Shown: positions 37,364-44,162 of the stretch, piece by piece
Layout of the letters: each line of letters begins with the position of its first letter
How positions within the stretch are numbered: the first letter of the stretch is position 1
DNA from: Spirochaetales bacterium
GTDB taxonomy: Bacteria > Spirochaetota > Spirochaetia > DSM-27196 > SLST01
NCBI GenBank assembly: GCA_007130265.1
Contig: SLST01000114.1
Span: forward strand, 1 to 44,162
Reading direction: 5' to 3'
DNA length: 44,162 bases
The notes under the pieces: model-generated
The model's database searches: none
Told to the model about the DNA's origin: nothing
The model's input: only the letters and a program-made list of their open reading frames with translations
Program-made: the position numbers and the translations under genes

Positions 37364-37512
37364 GGAATCGTCATTACTGAGCGGTGTCGCGCCACGAGGC
37401 CGTGTGCCGCTCGCGAAGCTTGGGAGGTCTCACCGTACCAGAGATGAGTCGGTCTGAGAGTCCATCTGCGTTGACTGGCGGACCGAACTCATTTATAGCA
37501 TGGGAGGAATAC

Positions 37513-38838
37513 GTGCCATCACCTAAGCCCAACTTTCTCTTCTTCTTTCCTGACCAGCAACGTCCTGATTGGCTGGGATTCGGGCCCGGGCTGGACGTAC
37601 AGACGCCTACGCTCTCCAGGATCGCCCAGCGTGGCGTTCGTTTTGCCGAGGCACTGACGCCAAGCCCGCTGTGTGCACCGGCTCGCGCTTGTCTTGCCTC
37701 CGGACGTGGATACCGTGACTGTGGCGTTTCCGACAACCGCAGCGACTATCCACTTGAACTTCCGACATACTACCAGGTGCTACGGGACGTCGGATACCGC
37801 GTCGCTGGGGTTGGTAAGTTCGATCTGCACAAAGACACTTCTGATTTCGCACAACTTGATTGGTACATGGACGGATCTCGGCTACTCTCCGAGTGGGGTT
37901 TCACCGAGGGCGTAGATAACGAGGGGAAGATCGATGGTAGCATGAGCTACCGACAGGCGGGTCGGGCCAAGGGCCCGTACATGAAAACCCTCGCTGACCG
38001 TGGCCTGGCCGAGGCCTATCTGGCAGAACACGACCGACTGGGTGATGGCCCTGGTGCCTACACAACGATCGTCCCGGACGACCTCTACTGCGACAACTGG
38101 CTCGCAGAAAACGGGAAGCAGATCCTTCAGGGTTTCCCGGAAGATCAGCCGTGGCATCTAATCGTCAACTTCACAGGACCTCATAGCCCAATGGACGTGA
38201 CCGAGTCAATGCGTCGAAGTGTTGAGCATCGCACCTATCCTCATGCTATAGCAAACGACCGCCACGATGCAGACGCCATTCTGAGGGTTCGACAGAACTA
38301 CACGGCCATGGTGGAGAACATCGATCGGCTCATGGCCGAGATGATTGAGATTGTTCAGGGACGTGGCGAACTTGAGCGAACCATGGTCATCTACTCCAGC
38401 GACCACGGCGAGATGCTGGGGGACTTCGGTCTATTCGGCAAGGGCATCTGGCGGTACGCTGCCGCTCACATTCCGCTTGTCATTCAGGCACCCGGCGCCC
38501 AAGGCGGTGCGGTATCGGACGCGCTGGTCGACCTGACTGATGTTACTGCAACCATACTCGACTATGCGGGATGCGAGCCGCTGCCGGAGATGACTGGCAG
38601 GAGTTTGCGGCGGGTGCTTGAGTTCCCCGGCCAGCCTCACCGCGACGTCGCCGTATCAGCTTTGGGCGACTGGCGTCTCGCCTACGACGGAAGAAACAAG
38701 CTTGTCCTCGAGAAAGGAAGAGCTCCGCGGCTGTTCGACCGCCAGCATGATCCGTTTGAACAGATCGACTGCGCGACCGAACGTCCCGAGACAGTCGCCT
38801 ATCTTGGCCGATATCTCTGCGAGGTGTCGAAGACCTGA
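37513..38838 (+). CDS. Sulfatase-like hydrolase (S1, Cys-type; choline-sulfatase-like)
   Basis: PNFLFFFPDQQR, CAPARACLASGR, SDHGEMLGD..LFGK; GTG start at 37513 with GGAGG. Confidence 0.88.
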   Translation: MPSPKPNFLFFFPDQQRPDWLGFGPGLDVQTPTLSRIAQRGVRFAEALTPSPLCAPARACLASGRGYRDCGVSDNRSDYPLELPTYYQVLRDVGYRVAGVGKFDLHKDTSDFAQLDWYMDGSRLLSEWGFTEGVDNEGKIDGSMSYRQAGRAKGPYMKTLADRGLAEAYLAEHDRLGDGPGAYTTIVPDDLYCDNWLAENGKQILQGFPEDQPWHLIVNFTGPHSPMDVTESMRRSVEHRTYPHAIANDRHDADAILRVRQNYTAMVENIDRLMAEMIEIVQGRGELERTMVIYSSDHGEMLGDFGLFGKGIWRYAAAHIPLVIQAPGAQGGAVSDALVDLTDVTATILDYAGCEPLPEMTGRSLRRVLEFPGQPHRDVAVSALGDWRLAYDGRNKLVLEKGRAPRLFDRQHDPFEQIDCATERPETVAYLGRYLCEVSKT

Positions 38839-38960
38839 CACCCTCGCAGCGAAAGCCTCGATTGCCGTCTCCGGCCTCCGACTCCCGAAACCGGAGCGGG
38901 TGCCGTGCCGGTTCGATCAGCCGCGCCCTGCGCGTCGAACACCGTCAGCGGACGTCGCGA

Positions 38961-38989
38961 TTGACGGCACCTCTATACTGCTCTACTAT
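38961..38989 (+). promoter_or_regulatory. Sigma70 promoter for SBP B (TTGACG-N17-TACTAT)
   Basis: Positionally homologous to 33453-33481. Confidence 0.72.
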
Positions 38990-38995
38990 GGCGAG

Positions 38996-39228
38996 CAGAT
39001 GGTGCTGCCATGCCGATTGTCGAGCGAGCCGATAGAAACTGCTGCACAGCTGATTTCACACTTCAACCCGCTATCGACTTCTCCTGCCAGAGCGGTACAG
39101 ATCGAGGCCAGCACGACTCTATCCCATCTGCCATATCCACGGGAAATGCAGACGGCAGCATTGATTGCCGTGACGGCGAGGAGACCTCCAGTCAACTCGT
39201 CGAGATGTTCGAGTAGAGGAGGGACACG
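38996..39228 (+). ncRNA. Candidate structured cis-regulatory 5' leader, copy B
   Basis: Covarying helices relative to copy A. Confidence 0.5.
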
Positions 39229-41217
39229 ATGAAAAGGTTTCTGTTGATACCGGCTCTGATGGCACTGCTCGCGCTGTCCGCTTTTGGCGGGGCGCAGCCG
39301 GAAGAAGTCCAACCGGCCACAGCACCCGGAGTTGATGCGGAAGTGTGGGAGACCCCGGCGGTGTACGCAACCCCTGGGGATTTCCAGCGAGAGACCGGCG
39401 CTCAGTTGCCGTCGTACAATGAAGCGCCTGTCTTCCAGGAGCGAGTCGAGGCAGGAGAACTGCCGCCAGTCGAAGACCGGCTCCCAGTCGAGCCCCTTGT
39501 CGTGCGGCCGTGGAACCAGATAGGCACGTACAGCGAACGGGAGATCGCGGCCGACTGGAGGGATCTTGCTTCCGCGAACGCACAACACCTTCTGGAGATC
39601 ATCGCGCCGGACTTCACCATGCCGGTTCCGAACGTGCTGAAAGGCTATGATCTCTCAGATGACGCACGCAGCATAACACTGCACCTTCGAGAAGGTCTGC
39701 GTTGGTCCGACGGCCATCCGCATACGGCAGACGACTTCGTGTTCTGGTATGAAGACGTTCTGAACAATTCGGAGCTCACGCCTGCACGGCCCGCGGTCTA
39801 TTTTTCTGCCGGTGTGTTCATGGATCTGACGAGGATCGACGACTACACCGTTCGGCTCGACTTTGCCGAACCGTACCCGGTCATCCTCGACGTTCTCGCG
39901 AGTGAACTTTGGTGGCAATATCCTATTCCGCCAAAGCACTACATGCAGCAGTGGCATATCGACTACAATCCGGATGCAGGCGCGCTTGCGCGCGAGGAAG
40001 GTTTTGAGACCTGGTACCAGGCATTCTTGATGCACAATGCCACCGGCGCAGACCAGCAGGACGTCGACCGCCCAACGGTCTACCCATGGGTACTGACGTC
40101 TATCGACAGCGCCCAGAACCAGTACTTCGAGAGGAACCCGTATTTCTGGAAGGTTGATATCGCCGGCAATCAGCTGCCCTATATCGGCCGCATGACTGGC
40201 GTGCGGGTCGGTGATGCTCAGGTCAAGCAGCTGAGAGTCATCTCGGGCGACTTTCATCTAGGGGGGGTGTGGCAATCGGTCGCTAACTATCCGCTCTATC
40301 TCGATAACGAGGAGCGCGGAAACTATCGAGCGATGCTGTGGGAAGATCCACGCGGATCAATGGATACTGCGATCAGCCTCAACCAAACCTCGCCGGATCC
40401 GGTCAAGAGGGAAATGTTCCGAGATCTTCGGTTCCGACAGGCGCTCTCGCTTGCCATCGACCGAGAGGAGATGAACGAGACGCTCTTCTTCGGCCTGGGC
40501 GAACCGCGACAGGCCGCACCACCGCCCGCAGCGAGCGATCTCTTCGAAGAGTGGATGCGCGACTACTATGCCGACTATGATCCTGCAAGAGCAAATGAGT
40601 TGCTCGACGAGATGGGACTCCAGTGGGACGCCCGACGTGAGTTTCGTCTCCGTCCGGACGGACAGCCGGTCACGATAAACATGCAGTTCGTCGAGCGGTA
40701 CGATCCCATATCGCAGCTGCTGCAGGAGTACTGGCAGGCGGTAGGCGTGAGGGTCACACTCAGGCAGGTGACCGGCGCGATGTGGACCGAGCTTGTACAG
40801 GCCAACGAGACCGACATGGGGCGCTGGGCGCTTGAGAACACCGACTTCACGATGCGGCGCACCCGTGCTGCAGTCGCACGGCCGCCGTGGACCGGCGCCA
40901 ACTATCCATGGGGTACATGGTACACGACGGATGGTGCGTCAGGTGAAGAGCCACCGGAGACCGTCAAAGAGTTGTACCGCGTGATTGACGAGTGGTCGAC
41001 GACGGTGGCTGGGACGGATCGCCACATCGAGCTGGGCAAAGAGATCTGGCGAATCAACATTGAGAATCTTTTCGTGATCGGAGCGGTCGGTCTCGTTCCG
41101 TACCCGGTTATCATCACCAATAGTCTGGGTAACACAATGCCGGACGAGAGCCTCTGGAGCCCAAGCTACCAGCAGTGGGTGCCGTACATGGCCGAACAGT
41201 GGTTTTTTGTTGATTGA
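39229..41217 (+). CDS. ABC solute-binding protein, family 5, copy B
   Basis: Same length and motifs as copy A. Confidence 0.93.
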   Translation: MKRFLLIPALMALLALSAFGGAQPEEVQPATAPGVDAEVWETPAVYATPGDFQRETGAQLPSYNEAPVFQERVEAGELPPVEDRLPVEPLVVRPWNQIGTYSEREIAADWRDLASANAQHLLEIIAPDFTMPVPNVLKGYDLSDDARSITLHLREGLRWSDGHPHTADDFVFWYEDVLNNSELTPARPAVYFSAGVFMDLTRIDDYTVRLDFAEPYPVILDVLASELWWQYPIPPKHYMQQWHIDYNPDAGALAREEGFETWYQAFLMHNATGADQQDVDRPTVYPWVLTSIDSAQNQYFERNPYFWKVDIAGNQLPYIGRMTGVRVGDAQVKQLRVISGDFHLGGVWQSVANYPLYLDNEERGNYRAMLWEDPRGSMDTAISLNQTSPDPVKREMFRDLRFRQALSLAIDREEMNETLFFGLGEPRQAAPPPAASDLFEEWMRDYYADYDPARANELLDEMGLQWDARREFRLRPDGQPVTINMQFVERYDPISQLLQEYWQAVGVRVTLRQVTGAMWTELVQANETDMGRWALENTDFTMRRTRAAVARPPWTGANYPWGTWYTTDGASGEEPPETVKELYRVIDEWSTTVAGTDRHIELGKEIWRINIENLFVIGAVGLVPYPVIITNSLGNTMPDESLWSPSYQQWVPYMAEQWFFVD

Positions 41218-41240
41218 CGCCATGACCCAGTCTTGACGTC

Positions 41241-41277
41241 AGGCGGGAGCGCATACAGCGTTCCCGCTTTTTTGTTT
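41241..41277 (+). terminator. Intrinsic terminator after SBP B
   Basis: AGGCGGGAGCGC-ATACA-GCGTTCCCGCTT followed by TTTTGTTT. Confidence 0.85.
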
Positions 41278-41316
41278 CCTTGCCGCGACAGTGCGTACGT
41301 GAAGGAGAACGCTGAG

Positions 41317-42579
41317 ATGCGACCACCGAACATCGTGATTATCCTTGCCGACGACATGGGATACGGGGACCTTGGCTGTTACGGCAATACGATGATCAAG
41401 ACCCCTAACATTGACGGCCTCGCGTCGGCCGGAATGCGATTCACTGATTTCCACTCAAACGGCGCCGTGTGCAGCCCAACGCGAGCGGCGCTCCTGACAG
41501 GCAGATACCAGCAACGCTGCGGGATCGAAGGTGTGGTAACGGCCGCCAACCATCGGGATGTCGGGATGGCGCTCTCCGAGTATACCTTCGCGAAAGGTCT
41601 TAAAGAGGCAGGATATCAGACGGCACTCTTTGGAAAGTGGCACTTAGGATACGACCGGCAGTTCAACCCGGTCCGTCACGGGTTCGATGAGTTTCGTGGA
41701 TTTGTCTCCGGGAATGTCGACTACCAGTCGCATATCGACCAGGCCGGCGTGGAGGATTGGTGGTTCGATGCCTCGCTCGCACCGGAAGACGGGTACACAA
41801 CGGACTTGGTGACGCGCTACGGTGTACGCTTCATAGAAGGACACCGAGAAGACCCTTTCTGTCTCTATCTTGCCCACGAGTGTCCGCACTATCCTTACCA
41901 GGGACCCGATGATCCGGCCTTTCGCACGCCTGGTCATCCGGAGCCAGTCCAGGGGCCACGGGAAGATAGAGCTGCCGCGTACAAGGAGATGATCGAGGCG
42001 CTCGACCAAGGTGTCGGCGAGGTGATGAGAGCTCTCGACCGCTCGGGACTTCGCGAGAACACTTTGGTCTTCTTTTTCTCCGACAGCGGACCCGCGGGTC
42101 CGGGATCTGCGGGAGGACTGCGCGGGCGAAAGGGAAGCGTCTGGGAGGGAGGCCATCGAGTTCCGGCGATTGCCTGCTGGCCGGGCCGAGTAGGGCCGGC
42201 GACCGAGACCGATCACCCGGCGATGGGGATGGACCTCTTCCCCACAATGCTCGAGCTTGCCGGCCTGGCTCCACCGGAGACACCAAGACTGGACGGCGTG
42301 AGTCTTGCGCCTCTTCTCACGGGTGCGGGCAGCATGACTGAGAGAGATCTGTTCTGGCGATGTGGCAACGGGAAGGCCGTGCGCCGAGGCGACTGGAAAC
42401 TCGTTGTATCGCCGGAAGACGGCCCGTCGAGCGCGAACACGGAGCTCTTCAATCTCGCGGTAGATCCGGCAGAGGCGAACGACATTGCCGGTAGCGAACC
42501 GACGATCACGGAGGAGCTATCGCGCGCTCTGGAGGCGTGGGAGGCCGACGTATCTGCCGGTGTTCGGCGGTTGACGTAG
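41317..42579 (+). CDS. Sulfatase (S1, Cys-type)
   Basis: PNIVIILADDMGYGD, CSPTRAALLTGR, GKWHLG, GRKGSVWEGGHRVP; AAGGAG SD. Confidence 0.93.
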   Translation: MRPPNIVIILADDMGYGDLGCYGNTMIKTPNIDGLASAGMRFTDFHSNGAVCSPTRAALLTGRYQQRCGIEGVVTAANHRDVGMALSEYTFAKGLKEAGYQTALFGKWHLGYDRQFNPVRHGFDEFRGFVSGNVDYQSHIDQAGVEDWWFDASLAPEDGYTTDLVTRYGVRFIEGHREDPFCLYLAHECPHYPYQGPDDPAFRTPGHPEPVQGPREDRAAAYKEMIEALDQGVGEVMRALDRSGLRENTLVFFFSDSGPAGPGSAGGLRGRKGSVWEGGHRVPAIACWPGRVGPATETDHPAMGMDLFPTMLELAGLAPPETPRLDGVSLAPLLTGAGSMTERDLFWRCGNGKAVRRGDWKLVVSPEDGPSSANTELFNLAVDPAEANDIAGSEPTITEELSRALEAWEADVSAGVRRLT

Positions 42580-42753
42580 CAGGGCATGCGGAGGGTCTCT
42601 GAGCCAGGATGGTTCGAGTGGACCCTCTTCACCCATCGCCATCACGCGCAGTGCCAGGGTTCTTCCTCCTGGCTTCGCAGACTCGCATCGCCGTTCCGGC
42701 CGCAGAGGCCGAGCTCTTCTGCGAACCGGAGGCTCACTGGAGCAATGCCTCCC

Positions 42754-43533
42754 TCAGCTGCAATGGGCGCGCAGAACATCCAGGGTGCCGGTCCCCGTGT
42801 CGCGCACGGCAGTCACGTCGGCGGCGCAGGTGACGAACAGAAAGCCCTTCTCGAGCCAGTACTCACCCATCGCGCCGCCGGCGATTCCCGGCACCTTGCC
42901 GGTGCTGTCGCAGGCATCACGGACCCGCAGAATCGCATCCTCGTGGCTGCGACGGCCGGCGGTGGTTGCGAGATCGACGCCCATGCTGAGCGCCAGATCG
43001 CCGGGACCGATCCAACAGCCGTCCACGCCGTCGACCGCGAGGATCTCCCGAGCGGACTTGACCGCCTCTGCCGACTCGATCTGGACGGCCAGGAAGAGCT
43101 CGCGGTCTATCCACGATTCGTAGTCGTCCGCTGTGTAGAGCGCGGTGCCGAATCCGCCCTGTGAGCGGCTTCCCCGGGGCGGAAAGCGTGCGGCACGCGC
43201 GGCGGCGCGGGCCTGCTCCGGGGTATTCACCATGGGAACGACGATCCCCATCGCGCCACGGTCGAGGACAGCGCCTATGGCAAAGAAGTCGTTGATGGGC
43301 ACACGGGCCATGGGAACCGCCCGGCCAAGAGCGATACTCCGGAAAGCGACGGTCATGGTGTCGAGGGTCCAGTTCCCGTGCTGGCCGTCTACGAGCACAA
43401 AGTCCCATCCCTGCCGAGAGTAGATCTCTCCGGCCAGAGGCGCCCCCAGGGCGATCGCCGCCCCGAGCGCCGGGCGACCTTCGAGCATCCGGTTCTTCGC
43501 GGTGTTGGTTACCTTTCCTTCGATGTCCGCCAT
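42754..43533 (-). CDS. HpcH/HpaI-family class II pyruvate aldolase (2-keto-3-deoxy sugar-acid aldolase-like)
   Basis: VDGQHG, PMARVP, LDRGAMGIVVPMV, VQIES, IGPGDL. Confidence 0.92.
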   Translation of the reverse strand: MADIEGKVTNTAKNRMLEGRPALGAAIALGAPLAGEIYSRQGWDFVLVDGQHGNWTLDTMTVAFRSIALGRAVPMARVPINDFFAIGAVLDRGAMGIVVPMVNTPEQARAAARAARFPPRGSRSQGGFGTALYTADDYESWIDRELFLAVQIESAEAVKSAREILAVDGVDGCWIGPGDLALSMGVDLATTAGRRSHEDAILRVRDACDSTGKVPGIAGGAMGEYWLEKGFLFVTCAADVTAVRDTGTGTLDVLRAHCS

Positions 43534-43650
43534 CGCAGCCTCCCCTTCTCGCCGCCGGGACGACGAAAGCGCAAGCCTACCACAGAATGCGGCTTGCCGC
43601 GAAGGCGCAGGTTCATCCGGATTACTGAGCTCGGTCGGCCGTGCACGGCC

Positions 43651-44162
43651 TCAGGTGACAGGAAAGGTGATGCGAAAGGTCGTCTCACCATTCTGCGTGA
43701 CCGCGGCTTCGCCGCGCAGCTGTGCGGTGAGGATCCGGATCAGCGTCATCCCGAGCGAACCGGTGCGCTCAAGGCTGAAGCCATCGGGCAAGCCGGCGCC
43801 GGTGTTCGTCACGCGAAGGACGGCGTACTCACCCTGTCGTTCCAGTCCAATGGTCAGTGAGTTGTGGTGAGGCCCTGTAAGCCCGTGCTTGAATGCGTTG
43901 GTAAGCAGTTCGTTCAGGATGAGTCCCAGCGGCACCGCTTGCCCGATGTCGAGACGAATGCGTTCAGTCTGCTGGACGATCCGAACCTTCCGTTGGTCTG
44001 AGGCAAAGGATACCGCGATCATCCCGAGAAACTCGTCTATGTACTCTCTCATATCGACGTCGGAGAACGAGTCCGTCCGGTAGAGCTTGTCATGGATCAT
44101 GGCGATCGAGCGGATTCGGGACTCCGTATCTTGCAGCACCTTCGATGCTTCCCCGGCGGCCT
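43651..44162 (-). CDS. Sensor histidine kinase, HisKA_2/HATPase C-terminus; start outside window
   Basis: SRIRSIAMIHDKLY, PLGLILNELLTNAFKH (N box), GSLGMTLI (G2); frame open to the window end. Confidence 0.88.
   Translation of the reverse strand, partial: AAGEASKVLQDTESRIRSIAMIHDKLYRTDSFSDVDMREYIDEFLGMIAVSFASDQRKVRIVQQTERIRLDIGQAVPLGLILNELLTNAFKHGLTGPHHNSLTIGLERQGEYAVLRVTNTGAGLPDGFSLERTGSLGMTLIRILTAQLRGEAAVTQNGETTFRITFPVT

Larger units (their letters stand above)
38961..41217 (+). repeat. Diverged direct duplication, copy B
   Basis: Homologous to 33453..35709. Confidence 0.9.

Noticed and set aside
42611-42619. tRNA T-loop-like GGTTCGAGT
   Set aside because: No T-stem, acceptor stem or cloverleaf around it
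1-44162. CRISPR array, rRNA, tRNA, phage or defence genes
   Set aside because: No regularly spaced short repeats or diagnostic motifs seen

Overview
GC-rich bacterial window that is almost entirely a carbohydrate and sulfate-ester catabolic island. The host is probably a spirochaete, inferred from Cys-less 'xFA/GGxxE'-type signal peptides on the solute-binding proteins (SBPs). The left half encodes three divergent GH95-like enzymes, a heparinase II/III-like gene split by one in-frame TGA, a divergent GH78, a GH35, a beta-propeller GH-like protein, an unassigned TIM-barrel GH, and a multiply damaged GH-like pseudogene carrying an IS3 remnant. A LacI repressor sits divergent from a sugar ABC (CUT1) permease-permease-SBP operon. 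The right half encodes a second beta-propeller, a URO-D-fold protein, five Cys-type sulfatases, an Opp/Dpp-type ABC system with two paralogous family-5 SBPs, an HpcH/HpaI aldolase and a partial HisKA_2 kinase. The most novel signal is a ~230-nt 5' leader in front of both SBP paralogs. It has diverged strongly in sequence but keeps the same promoter-to-ATG distance and helices with compensatory base changes, making it a candidate undescribed cis-regulatory RNA. No rRNA, tRNA or CRISPR array was found. All family calls are from motifs read by eye, not from database searches.
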